A stretch of DNA of 64,000 nucleotides from the human T2T-CHM13v2.0 reference genome, Homo sapiens. This document shows, piece after piece, positions 1 through 14,150 of this stretch (its first letter is position 1; each line of letters opens with the position of its first letter). The position numbers and the translations under genes are program-made. The notes beneath the pieces are model-generated. The model was not told where the DNA came from, did not search any database, and worked only from the letters and a program-made list of their open reading frames with translations. The stretch is from the NCBI RefSeq assembly GCF_009914755.1, contig NC_060941.1, one strand, 5' to 3'.

Positions 1-895
1 ACCATATCACCACCCGCCTATTAGAACAGCTGAAATAAAAACCAATGCTTACACCAAATGCTGGTGAGGATGTGGATAAACTGTCTCTCTCCCACACTGC
101 TGGAGGGAATGTCAAAATGGTACAGCCACTATGGAAATTAATTTGGCAGTTTCTTATCAAAGTAAACATGCACTTACGTACAACCCAGCACTCACACTCC
201 TGGGCATCTATCCCAGAAAAATGAAAAGTTACGTTCATGCAAGAACTTGTACACAGATGTTCACAGCAGCTTTATTCATAATAGCCAAAAAGTGGAAACA
301 ACATAAATGTCCTTCAGCAAGTGAATGGTTAAATATAGTCTGGTGTATTCATACAATGTAATAGTACCACTCAGCAAAAACCAAACAAACAGAAAAAGGA
401 ACTATTGATACACACAACTGGGATGAACTCAAAGCCATCTCAAAATACATACTGTGTAATTTCATTTATATAACTTTCTCAAAAAGAAAACATTATAAAG
501 ATGGAAATTAGATTTTTGATTTCCATGGACAGAGACAAGGGAGGGGAGCTGGTGTTTCTATAAAGGGATAGCCTGAGGTAGTTTCTTTGTAGTGACTGAA
601 CAGTTCTGTCTTGGTTTATGGTGGTGGTTGCACAAATCTATAAATGGAATCAAATTGAATAGAACTACACACACACACATACACACAAATGAACTTACGT
701 AAAAACTGGTGAAAACGAATAAGATCGATTGTCCAGTGAGCAGTATTGTACCAATGTCAATTTCCTGCTTTTGATTTTGTACTACAGTGATACAAGATGT
801 CACCAGATGGAACCTGGGTAAAATGTATTATGGGATTCTATGTACTATTTTAGCAGCTTCCCAGGAGTCTATAATGATTTCAAAAGAATTTAAAA
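1..895 (+). mobile_element. Old L1 (L1MC/L1MD-like) ORF2 3' end and 3' UTR
   Basis: ORF 131..361 gives the L1 ORF2 C-terminal motif (LLGIYP...CTQMFTAALFIIAKKWKQHKCPS). It is followed by an L1M-type 3' UTR with a (CA)n tract. Confidence 0.85.
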
Positions 896-1129
896 CATAA
901 AAGATCATTATAAACCCAGATGACAACGGAATCTTGCAACCAAGTTATCATGACACACCTATAATTCACTTATCCCATTATCGCCAGAAGTAGCATCAGC
1001 AACAAAAGTTGGAACAAAGGGGAAACAACAAAAATTGGTACTAGAAAACCTAGTGGGGGAGCTTGCAAAAATTTAGTTCAGATCCAGACATTGATGATAG
1101 AAATGAAAAGACTGACTTCAGATCTAAGT

Positions 1130-1636
1130 TGTGATGGTTAATATTGACTGTCAACTTGATTGGATTGAAGGATGCAAAGTATTGTTCCTGGGTGTGTCTG
1201 TGAGGGTGTTGCCAAAGGAGATTAACACTTGAGTCAGTGGACTGGGAGAGGCAGACCCACCCTCAACCTGGGTGGGCACCCTTTAATCAGCCGCCAGGGA
1301 GGCTAGGATAAAGCAGGCAGAAGAACATGGAAAAACTAGACTAGCTTAGTCTTCCGGCCTCCTTCTTTCTCCCGTGATGGATGCTTCCTGCCCTCGAACA
1401 TCAGACTCCAAGTTCTTCAGCTTTTGGACTCTTGGAGCTTCAACTACAGATTGAAAGCTGCAATGTCGGCTTCCCTGCTTTTGAGGTTTTGGGATTTGGA
1501 CTGGCATCCTTGCTCTTCAGCTTGCAGACAGCCTATTGTGGAACTTCACCTTGTGTGAGTCAATTCTCCTTCATAAACTCCTCTTTATATGTACATCTAC
1601 CTTATTAGTTCTGTCCCTCTAGAGAACACTAACATA
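1130..1636 (+). mobile_element. MLT2A (HERVL) solo LTR
   Basis: Starts TGTGATGGTTAATATTGA and ends ...TTAGTTCTGTCCCTCTAGAGAAC. Exact 5-bp TSD TAAGT at 1125-1129 and 1637-1641. Confidence 0.92.
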
Positions 1637-1697
1637 TAAGTGTTGAAAACTATATTCAGTATCCAAAGGTAAGTGATACATTCAAGAGAAGACCAGG

Positions 1698-2105
<408 letters not shown>

Positions 2106-2517
2106 CTACTCTGTGGGCATCTTGAAGGCACTGTGTGGCCTAATGACCTGACAAATTAAAGAAGGGAATAGGAAATATTCGTTGATATATCTGTCAATTC
2201 AATCTTTAAAAAATACTTACCAGACAAAAACTACTATACTGTGAAGAAGAAAGTAAGATGATAAGCAGGCTATACTCAGCGATGCTATTCCAAAATGATA
2301 TGATATAATGGAAGAAAGACATACCACATTTGACATTTACAATGATGGTGCAGTCTTTTACACATTGCTGGTAGGAATGTAATGCAGTGCAAACACTCTG
2401 GAAAATAATTTGGCATTTCTAAAAATTTAACATGCCCCTACTATACAATTCCACAACCATAATGTGTGGGTGATTCCATTAAATATAATAGAGAAAAGAT
2501 CACATTAAAGAAAAATG

Positions 2518-3003
<486 letters not shown>

Positions 3004-4364
3004 TTATTTGTCAGTGTGGATTCAGGCTCACCTAAGTGTGTGTTCTCATAGACATGGCACATGCGCCTACAGTGTGAGAGCGTTGTTTCTAGAATTACTT
3101 CCTTTATAAGTACATCCATGTTCCTATTTCAGAGAATTTGAAACTACCTTGGTAGGGTGATCATAGCATGATTAGAGATGAAACACCGTAATACATCCTT
3201 TAATTCTATTTCACAACATTTTCAGATTTGATCAACAAGGCTAATTAACTCACGATTTTATTCACATTTCAGTTTAAAGCTTGAGAAATTATGAAATCCT
3301 AATTTCAGTCCTTGTCCTCTTGACTTTTTCAGAAACTGCATTTTCCATGTGGGGCTAGTGGGGCTCTGTTTGACAGCATGAAGCTTCTTCTTAATAAATC
3401 TCCTCCTTAGACCGAATACACTGAATTTATCCACTCTAAACTCACAGTGGGGAGGTGCTGGCTCTGGGCGCTCTCCCTAAGCTCTTCTCTGATGGCTGTT
3501 TGCTTAGTATTCTATTGTACAGAGTCCCTGTTTATTGGAAACTGGTTTCTGGACCTACTCATTTGAATGCCACCACCAGCCTGGCAGATTTCACCAGGTG
3601 GAAATGAATGGATTTTCCGTAATGTAGGACCTCATCACAGCATGCCAGTTCAGGAATTCCATTGTTTAACCAATACCTAAAGTCATAACCTTTTGGAAGG
3701 TAAATATTTAATCTTCTAGCTCTCTATTACAAATTATCAACGCCCCCCCGAACCCCAGCAAACTCCCTCTGTCTTTTTAAAAATAGATGAACGTATATTG
3801 GTAGAACTGGACAGATATCAAATAATGAATGAGCTTTTCACTTTTGTAGTTTAAACATCTGAAAAAGACCAGATCATGTAATGGGGAACTTCAATGTTCC
3901 AGACTATTTTCTTTGGCTGAGTTTTGGAAAGAGTGCAGTGTAGGAAAAGTTTTGAGGTAAGTTTTAGATGACATGACTAGTGACAAGCTCTATTTGGTTA
4001 AGTCACCCCAGTTATGTGTGTAATGTTTCCTATTTCTGAGGAATCATTAAAGAAGGCGTAATTCTATCTAAGTTAGAATATTTGCTTAGTTCTAACCACC
4101 TTGAGGTTAAAATGTGCTGGTTTGTACCATCTAGACCTCCCTGCTGCCTTCCCTCCTGACCTCAACCCCTTCTCTTTTGTGTTGTATTTCTCTCCTTCCC
4201 TCCTTCTCTCATCTCTTCCTCTCTTTGGTTTAAAAAGAACAGTTTCATATTTCACACAGCATTTTACTTTGTCTTTCATGTATAGGACAGAAAAATCAGG
4301 TATAGGCTATAGTTGAAAATACATTTTCTGCACCTGCAGTGTTTGCAATAATAAGAAAAAAAAC

Positions 4365-4762
4365 CCTTGAGATGAAATTGACATAACATAAAATTTACCA
4401 TTTTAATGTGATAAGTCCACAGCATCTAGTGCATTTATAATGTTGTGTAAGCACCACTTTTATCTTGTCCTTAACCATTTTCATTTTAAAATAAACCCCC
4501 ATACCAATCAAGCAATTTTTCCCAATTCCCCCTCCCCTCAGCCACTGGCAACCAATAATTGGCTTTTTATTTCTCTGGATTTACTTATTTTGAATATTTC
4601 ATATAAATGGCATCATACAATATATGACCTTTTTGTTTGGCTTCTTTCACTAACATAATGTTTTTGAGATTCCTTCATATTGTAGTAGGTATTAGTACTA
4701 CATTCCTTTTAAAGACTGAAGAATACTCCATTGTTTATATATACCAACAATTATTTATTCAG
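4365..4762 (-). mobile_element. L1MB-like 3' end
   Basis: Reverse-complement L1M 3' UTR motifs (GAAATTGACATAACATAAAATTTACCATTTT; TTTTTGAGATTCCTTCATATTGTAGTA). Confidence 0.8.
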
Positions 4763-7074
4763 TCAGTCTTTCCGGTGGCCTCTAGACAGGTTAGAATATA
4801 CCCACAATTTAATTTTTAAATAAGGTTTGCTCTTTTCGCTCCATAACCAGGGATCAGAGTTCCATGCTGGAAACACGAGCTGCTATCTTCAAGGCTGCCG
4901 CCGAGAGGGGAGTACGTGGGGCAAGGACGAGGCAAAAAATGCCACAAAACTCTCCTACCATTACTACATTAACTTTTTTTTCCTTTGATTTGTTGTTTAG
5001 TAAGTTGCTGTAAAACTTTTGGTTTGTTCTTCTGGTTCACTTTGAGCTTTGTCCATTCACTCTCTCTTTTGAGTTTTTATCGTTAAGAAATACTTAAATT
5101 TTGAAGATCTTTGGATACTTTTTAAACAAATGAAATCTCTTCTTGCCTCTCACTGATGATATTAGAAATATCTATTTTAAAGTCCTGGCATGCTTAATTT
5201 CCTGTTTCTTCAACCATTTGCTGGATTTGGTACCTCCCTTTCATGGGCCGGGTGCTTGGCTCTGTTTAACTGTATGCGAATGATTTCCTGTGAGTCTATT
5301 TATGACAATATTGTCGTTACCCACCACTTCCCTTGAGCATTTGCCAGAGAGGAAAGGCTACTACCAGGCTGGGCACCCTGCAGCGTGTCCTTAGCACCTG
5401 GGGTGATGAGTCTCAAGAGAGGTGAGCCAGTGTGCTTCCCGAGAGTGTGGGCTCCCTTCCCCCTCAGGTGTCCCACGTGTCCCAGAGTTACTCCCATTGC
5501 GCTTTATTTAGACCAAGTGCCTGCGCTTCTGCTCTATCTAGCAAGCAGACATTGGTGTTGGGTAGGATAGTCAACCTGTCTCATTGCCCAGAAAACCAGA
5601 ATTCCACCCAGCGTGTCCCATCTACTCCAGAGTCCCTCCTGCTCCTAATACTTACTAATGAGTAATTACGGTGAGGGAGCACCTGGAGTGCTTCTATCTT
5701 TTGGCAGCTGCTCTCTCCCGCTCCTCTTTTTTTGCCTATGGTTTTCCTTGTTTATCCTCTATTCATCTTCCAAAGAGTTTTCAGGTCTCCACCATCAGCG
5801 CATTGTATTTTCTCTTAGTATGAGTCTGAACTCATTGTGAATATGATTTCTGCCATTTCTGGGAACTTGAGAACAGTGGAGGAATAGGTCATAAAATATT
5901 CTTAATCTACCTTTTGAACTCTTTCTACCACTCTCTTTCCTACTTGGCCATATTTCCTGACAGTGCCAATAGCATTTCCTTCCTCCACTCTCTTTGCAGA
6001 GATTGTTTTTCTCTGTCTTCCCCTCAAATTTGTCGAAATAGTATTCTTCTCTACTTCTTCATCTGGGCTGGGCAATGTTTCAACACACTTTTTTTTTCCT
6101 TGATATTTCTTCTCTTTGAGCAGAACGATAAATGTGGCATAGGTTAACAAAGAGTTCACAAGAATGCTGTCAGAGAGAAGACAGAAAAGTAGAGACACTG
6201 GTGTGTTTTACAAATGAGGCTGTTTTCTAACATACTTAAGCATTCTTCCCATAATTAACAATGGCAGATCTTGCCTGGCTGCAGCAACATTGAAATTTAC
6301 GTTGGTTTTTAAAATGTTTTATGTTGAAACTCCCAAGACTCCCATATCTCCCACCTGAGTGAATACTAATATTTTCTGGCTATCGTATATTTCACTTCCA
6401 ACCTAGCGTGTAATGCACTTCATACTTGTACATTCTTGTGTTTATGTAAATATCAATGTAGATTTCTGGAAACAACATCCATGTCAAGTGTGGCTTTAAT
6501 CAGGCACATTCTTTTAAGAAGAAACTTTGGAAACACAATCAAAGCACAATCAACTTGAAGACTTTGATAAGGCTAAATTATGTCTTAGCTAGTTATTTGC
6601 TATCATTTGATGTTTTAGAGTGGACTGATACTGCTTATGGCTTTTTTCATTCAGAAATGCAAAACAGTTTTTTATTTCAAATGAACAAGAGTACTTCAGA
6701 ATTAAGACTTCAGATAACATAGGATGACCTAAAAGCCAAACCAAATTCTATCACCTTTCTTAAGTATGGCCTTTTCCCAGTGCCCTAGAGTGAAGAATAA
6801 ACCATCAGATAAGTCAGATTTTGTAATTTTGCTCAATGTAATAGACTAGTTTTTACCTTCTAGTTTGTTAACCAACCATAAGCATTCTTTCTCTACTAAT
6901 CAGTGAGTTGTCTGAGAAAAGTCTGAGGCAATTTGATTTCAAAATGTATTGTCTTCTTTTTATCCCCTTGATGATTATATATCCCCCTAGAGAGAACCAG
7001 TTACTAAGTTCATTCCAACCTACTGAAAATGTATTTAACTTGAGTCTGAGTTTTCTTATTTCTAAAACAGCTGT

Positions 7075-8703
7075 ACCAATTCATGAAGAAGACATAAAAA
7101 TTCTAAATGTTTATGCACCTAAACACCTTGCTTTAAAAAAATGACGTGAAACTTTTCTAAAAGGGCAAACAGAAAAATCCACTATTATAGGTGGGGACTT
7201 TAACATTCTTCTCTCAGTAATTGAAGGATGTGAATACACAAACGTATCAATGTGAGTATAGAAGATTGAAATAAGTTTAACCAAATTCACTTAATTGACA
7301 TTTGTAGAAGTCTACCCTAAAATCAGAATATACGTTCTTCTTACTATACTGTGGAATATTTCGTGAGATAGACTATATGCTGAGTTATAAAGCAAGTACC
7401 AATACGTTCAAGAGGATTGATGTCATTGATATGCTCTCTGACAACAATGGAAGTAAATTAGAAACTAATAAAGAAGGCTGGGCATGGTGGCAAACACCTG
7501 TAGTCCCACTGCTTTGGGAGGCCAAGGCAGGACCTGGGCAACATAATGAGGTCCTCATTGTTACACAACAAAACAAAATAGCCAGCATTCACTCATGCCT
7601 TTAATCTTAGCTACTCAGGAAGCAGAGAAGGAAGGACTGCTTGAGGCCTGAGGTTCAAGCCTGCAGTAAGAAAAAAAAAAAAAAAAGAAAAGGAAACAAA
7701 AAAAGATAAATAAAGGAATAATACCTGGAAAAATCATTTGAAAATTAAATAAGTAATTTTATGTAATCCATGAGTCGAAAAGGAAAAGTTACAAGAGAAA
7801 TCAGAAAATATTTTGAATGAATGATAATGATAGCACAATGTATTCTTGAGATTCTTAAATTAGTATATACACAGAAAACTAGCTTTAACTATTGTATAAG
7901 AAAAGGAGAAAGACTTAAAATCAGTTCTCTATACTCTTACTTTGAAGAACCAGAAAGAAAAGAGCATATTAAGCCTAAAACAAGCAGAAGGAAGAATATA
8001 ATAAAGATAACAGGAGAAGTTGAAACAGAAGACTGATTTAAAAAAAAAAACAACAGAAAAATTAGCAAACCCAAGTTTGATTCTTTGAAAAGATTAATTA
8101 AATTGATGACTCCCTGACAAGACTGGTCAAGTAGAAAAGAATACCTAAATACAAACGTAAGAAAACAGACACCACTACAAATCCTACAGACATAAAATGT
8201 ATCCTACAGGCATAAAATCCTACAGGCATAAAGAATGAAACATAAGAATAATGAAAAAATAAGCTATTAAATTTGACAACTTAGATAGAATGGTCAACTT
8301 TTTTGTGAAAACAACTTACTATAACTAACACAATAATTAAAAGCAAATCTAATAGTAATTTATCTTTTACAAATTGTGTAATTAAATACTTACCTATGAA
8401 GAAAACCAAAATCCTAGATAGCTAGGATTTTGAATATCAATTCAACATAGATGATTTCAGAAACTAGAGGAGGACTGCTTGCTTTCCAATTTATTTCGTA
8501 AGTATCACCCTGGAAACAAAACCAGGCAGGGGCATTACAAGAAAAAATTATTACAGACCAATATCTTTCATAAACATAGACATAAAATTTTTACCAAAAT
8601 ATTAGCAAATAAAATTTGGCAATGTATAGAAAGATTGATATATCTTGGGCAATTACAACTTATCCAAGGCATATAAAGGTGTAACATCAAAAAATCAATC
8701 CAT
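7075..8703 (+). mobile_element. Degraded L1M ORF2 (endonuclease to early RT), 5' part of host element
   Basis: Translations IHEEDIKILNVYAP and KILANKIWQCIERLI match L1 ORF2. Interrupted by an Alu and by the L1PB insertion. Confidence 0.85.
7476..7690 (+). mobile_element. Degenerate Alu (AluJ-like) with internal deletions
   Basis: GGCTGGGCATGGTGG start, partial arms and an A tail. Confidence 0.75.
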
Positions 8704-9388
8704 ATATCTATATATGTGGAGATAATGTATCGTACTAGATACTATATCATAAGAACATTTTATATTACATATACCACAAACTAAAAATTGAGTCCAATGA
8801 TCCAATGAACAGAGTTAAGTTCTTATATTGCTTTTTGCAAACAAAACTGGTTCTAAGCATTAGGTATATTCAATGATGTCTAGCCATCTAGAATATTAGA
8901 TGTTAAAAAAAATATTCAACATCACAACATTGCTTGTCACAAAATGTATGACAATATCCACCAGCAATAGGTTAATGTTAAGAGGTGATTTTATAAAAGA
9001 CTCCTAGGTTTGATAAATAAAAGACTCCTAGGTTTGATAAATAAATTCAGTAAAGTCTCAGGTTTCAAAACTAACGCCATTAGGGCATTGACAAGATAGA
9101 TATCTAGTGTAATATGTCAGTGTTTTTCTGACAGATGCAACATGGTAGAAATGTCATTGAAAATGTTGATTTGCCTTTGTTTATCATTTTCAAATGTGTT
9201 TGTATATACATATACACAGTTATTTGTATAACAGAAAAATGCCACATATGGTCAAACAGCCTAAGTTAGAGAAGTTTCCATTTGCCAGTGGAATTTGACT
9301 TTCATCAATAGTAAATTGTTTTGTATTTAAAACGTTTCTCTTTGTAGAATTAATTTAAAAGTCTTCACGGGGATACTAGCAATAGTAG

Positions 9389-12198
9389 CACAGATGAATT
9401 CTACCAGACATTCAAAGAAGAATTGGCACCAATCCTACTGAAACTATTTCAAAAGATCAAGAAGGAGGGAATCCTCCCTAACTCATTCTATGAAGCCAGT
9501 ATCACCCTGATACCAAAGCCAGAAAAGGATATAACAACAACAAAAAAAGAAAGAAAACTACAGACCAACATCCTTGATGAACACAGAAACAAAAATCTTC
9601 AATAAAATACTAGCAAACTGAGTCCAAGAGCACATCAAAAAGAAAATTCACCATGATAAAGTGGTTTTCATCCCAGGGATGCAAGAATGGTTCAGCATTC
9701 ACAAGTCAATAAATGTGATTCACTACATAAACAGAAAAAAACCCGAAAACATTATGATCATCTCAACAGATACAGGAAAAGAATTTGATAAAATCCATCA
9801 TCACCTTATGATAAAAACCCTCAACAAATTAACCATAGGAGGAACATATGTCAAAATAATAAAAGCCATATATGACAAACACACAGTTAACATTATACTG
9901 AATGGGAAAAAGTTAAAAAGCATTTCCCCTAAGAATCGGAATAAGACAAAGATTTCCGCTTTCACTACTTTTATTCAACATAGTACTGGAAGTCCTAGCC
10001 AGAGCAATTGAGCAAGAGAAAAAAAATAAAGGGCAACCAAATCGGAAAAGAAAAAATCAAACTATCTCTGTTTGCTGATGATAGAATCTTATATCTAGAA
10101 AATCCTAAAGACTCCTCCAAAAGACTCCTAGGTTTGATAAATAAATTCAGTAAAGTCTCAGGTTACAAAACAAGTTTACACAAATCGGTAGCACCACTAT
10201 ACACCAATAACAACCAACCTGAGAATCAAATCAAGAAGTTGATGTCAGTTACAATAGCTGCAAAAATAAAAAATAAAAACCTAGGAATATACATAACCAG
10301 GAAGGTGAAAGATCTCTACAAAAAAAAAAAAAAACAAAAAAAAACTGTGTAACACTGAAGAAAGAAGTCATACATGACACAAACAAATGGAAAAACATCC
10401 CATGCTTATGAACTAGAAGAATCAATACTGTGAAAATGACCATACTGCTCCAAGAAACCTACAGATTTAATGCAGTTTCTATCAAAATACCAATGTCATT
10501 TTTCACAGAATTAGAAAAAATTCTAAAGTTCATATGGAAAAAAAGGAGCCCAAATAACCAAGCAATCCTAAGCAAAAATAATAAATCTGGAGGCATCACA
10601 TTACCCAACTTCAAATTATACCACAACATTATAGTAACCAAAATAGCATGGTGCTGCTATAAAAGTAGACACATAGATCAATGGAACACAATAGAGAATC
10701 CAGAAATAAAGCCAAATACATAAAACCAACTGATCTTTGACAAAGCAGACAAAAACAGACACTGGGAAAATGACGCCCTATTCAATAAATAGTGCTGGGA
10801 AATTTGGATAGCCACACATGGAAGAATAAAACTGAATCCCTGTATTTCACCAAATGCAAAAATTAACTCAAAATGGATTAAAGACTTAAGTCTAGGTCCT
10901 GAAACCACAAACATTCTAGAATAAAATTTAAGAAAAACTCTTCTGGACATTGGCCTAGGCAAATAATTTATGACTAAGACCCCCAAAGCAAATACAAAAA
11001 ACCAAAAATAAATAAATGGGACCTAATTAAACTAAAAAGCTTTGGACAGCAAAAGAAATAATCAACAAAGAAATAGACACCTACAGAATGGGAGATAATA
11101 TTCACAAACTATACATCTGACAAAGGACTAATATCCAAGCAAGATATTCAAACAAATCAGCAAGAAAAAAAACCAATAATCCCATTAAAAAGTAGGAAAA
11201 TGACATTAGCAGACATTTCTCAAAAGAAGATATACAAATAGCTAGCGGATATAGGGAAAAATGCTCATCACTAATCATCAGGGAAATGCAAATTAAAACC
11301 ACAATGAGATACCACCTCCCTCTAGGCAGGGTGGCCATGATTAAAAGTCAAAAACAGTAGATGTTGGCACAGATGGATTGGAAAAAAAACACTTACTCAC
11401 TGCTAGTGGGAATGTAAATTAGTACAACCTCTATGGAAAACAGTATGGGGATTTCTCAAAGAACTAAAAGTAGATCTACCATTCAATCCAGCAATCCCAC
11501 TACTGAATACCTAACCAAAGGAAAATAAGTCATTATGTCAAAAGGTCACTTGCATGCGTATATTTATCACAGCACAATTCACAGTCATAAAAATATGGAA
11601 TCAACCTAAATGCCCATCCAACTGATGAGTGGATAAAGAAAATTCTGTGTATGTATATATATTGTATAATATATAATGTATATATAAAGTATATATGTGA
11701 GTGTATATGTATGTATATATACACATAAACACACACACATTTTCTCTATCCACTCATCAGTTGATGGACATTTAGATTGATATATATCATATATATGGCT
11801 CAGTATGTGCACACACACACACACACACACACACACACCGTAGAATACTACTCAGCCACAAAAAAGGTGAAATAATGTCTTTTGCAGCAACTTGAATGGA
11901 ACTGGAGGTCAGTATCCTAAGTGAAGCAGCTCAGGAGCAGAAAACCAAATACCACATGTTCTACTTACAACTGGGAGCCAAGCTATGGCTATGCAAAGAC
12001 ATACACAGTGGTATAATGGACGTTGCAGACTCAGAAGAGGGGGTGTAAGGGGGATGAGGGATGCAAAATTATCTATTGGGTACAAGGTACACTACTCAGG
12101 TGATGGGTACACTGGAAGCCCCGACTTTACCACTATACAATTCATCCATGTAACCAAAAACCACTCGTACCTTTAAAGCTATTGAAATAAAAAAATGT
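9389..12198 (+). mobile_element. 5'-truncated L1PB-like element (ORF2 RT to 3' UTR)
   Basis: Frameshifted ORF2 peptides ([28 protein letters not shown]). L1PB-type 3' UTR ends GCTATTGAAATAAAAAAA. TSD AAATCAATCCAT at 8692-8703 and 12202-12213. Confidence 0.92.
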
Positions 12199-12201
12199 AA
12201 G

Positions 12202-12890
12202 AAATCAATCCATGTCATCCACTACATTAACCAAATGAAGAAAATCAAATGGTCATGTCAATCGATGGAGAAATAGCATTTGGCAAAGCTCAACATCCAT
12301 TTATGATAAAAGTTCTCAGCAAATTAGGAATAGAAGGGAACTCCTCCAATTTGATAAACAGCACACAAGAGAAACATGTGGCTAATATTATATTTAATGG
12401 TGAAATACCAAATGCGTTTCCCCTATGATCGGTAGCAGAGTGAGGATGTTCACATTTACTACTTCCATTAAACTTTAGGTTTGAGGTCCTACTCAGTGCA
12501 ATAACATAAGAAATAAAAGATACAAACATTGGAAATGGGGATGTAAGACTGTCTTTATTTTCAGATAACATACTTGTATATATAGTAAATCCAAAGGAAT
12601 CTATGAAAAATACAAGAACAATTAAATAAACTCATGTTTGTAAGATACATGGTCAGTATACAAAAATCCATTGTTGGTCTGTAAAACAACAATGAACAAA
12701 TGGTAACTGAATTTTAAAAATACTATTCACAATAAAACTGTAGTCATACATTTAATGAAAGGTACACAAGATCTCTGTAAACTACAAGACATTGATAAAA
12801 ATATGACCTAAATAAATGGAGGTATTTGTCATGTTCATAGTTTGGAAGGCTTACTGTTGTTCAAATATCACTTATTCCCCTCCCCCAAAC
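12202..12890 (+). mobile_element. Degraded L1M ORF2, continuation of the host element at 7075-8703
   Basis: Resumes colinearly after the TSD (AAATCAATCCATGTCATCCACTACATTAAC...TTTTCAGATAACAT). Confidence 0.85.
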
Positions 12891-13544
12891 TGCTTTTTGA
12901 AGATAATACAAAATTCTAGAGTAAATTAGCTATAAACTGGGAGACTGATGAGTCACCTACAATTGAAGTATAAGAAAATATGGTATCTATTTTGGCTACA
13001 TCTGATGTTGTTTTAATTTTTTTTTTAATTTCTGGGTTTTTTTTGTTTATTTCTTTTTCTTCCTGGTTCTTGTTCCAAATGGTTGAATTTGTCAGACAAG
13101 GCATTTCAGATAATTATACAATTGTTGTTCTTTACAACAATATGACACACTTCAAGGTAGAAGTTTTCAGAATATTCAGTCATTCATTTATTCAACAAAT
13201 TATTATGGAGAACCTACTATGTTTTAGCCACTGTTCTCTGTGCACTTGGATATATATACCAGGAAACTTGAGGCCACACCAAGCCTGTAGAAGAACTAAA
13301 GTCAGTAAGTCAGAGACTAGGATGTATGGTGCTTTCAGAGTTCCCACAACGAGAAACGATATAAGATATATCAAATGTAATTAACAAAGTATTTATTTTA
13401 AAAAATGCATCCATAGTATTTACTAGGTACAAACCTAGAGGTAGAAATTGACAGCAATCCAATATTAAGGAGGAGTCAATTGTTTATATACAAACTTTAA
13501 TGTTTTAAAACATCTGGCTTCCAATTTACTAAACAGGTTTTGGC

Positions 13545-14150
13545 GAACATATGGTACAACTGAAACACACACGTGGTTGGAGGGAGTGCCAAATGGCAGA
13601 ACCATTTTGCAAATCTGTTTGGAGTTTCTTCCAAAGTTACATGTACAAACACCATATGAACCTGCTCTTAGGCATTTACCCAAGGGAGATGAAAAAGTCC
13701 ATTAAAAAAAAAAACTTGTTCACAAATGTGCTTAGCAGCTTTATCCATAATAACCCCAAACAGTAAACAATCCAAAGACCCATTCACAGGTGAAAGAATA
13801 AATAAATTATGCTATATTCATACAATAGAATACTATCTCACAATTAAGAGGAATAGCTGATAAATGAAAACACATGGATGAAACTCAAAGACATTATATG
13901 CAATGAAAGAGTCAGACACAAAGAATATACACTTTATGAATCCATTTATAGCATACCTAGAAAAGATAAATCTACTCAATAGTGGCAACAGAGACCAGTG
14001 GTTGCCTTCAAGGGATAGGGAAATATTATAGATCTTGTGATAGTAGTTTCATGGGTCTATATATTTTTCAAAACTCATCAAACTGTACACTATAAATGTG
14101 GTACATTTTATTGTATGTAAATTATGCCTTAATAAAATTGACTTAAAAAG
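13545..14150 (+). mobile_element. L1ME/L1MB-like 3' end
   Basis: LLLGIYPREMKK motif. 3' UTR ends ATTATGCCTTAATAAAATTGAC. Confidence 0.8.

Noticed and set aside
8995-9071. Short direct repeats that might suggest a CRISPR-like array
   Set aside because: Only two adjacent copies, no spacers, L1-derived, in eukaryotic DNA.
9423-10723. ORFs with reverse-transcriptase-like peptides ([24 protein letters not shown])
   Set aside because: Frameshifted remnants of L1 ORF2 in a 5'-truncated L1PB. Not a functional gene or a novel RT system.
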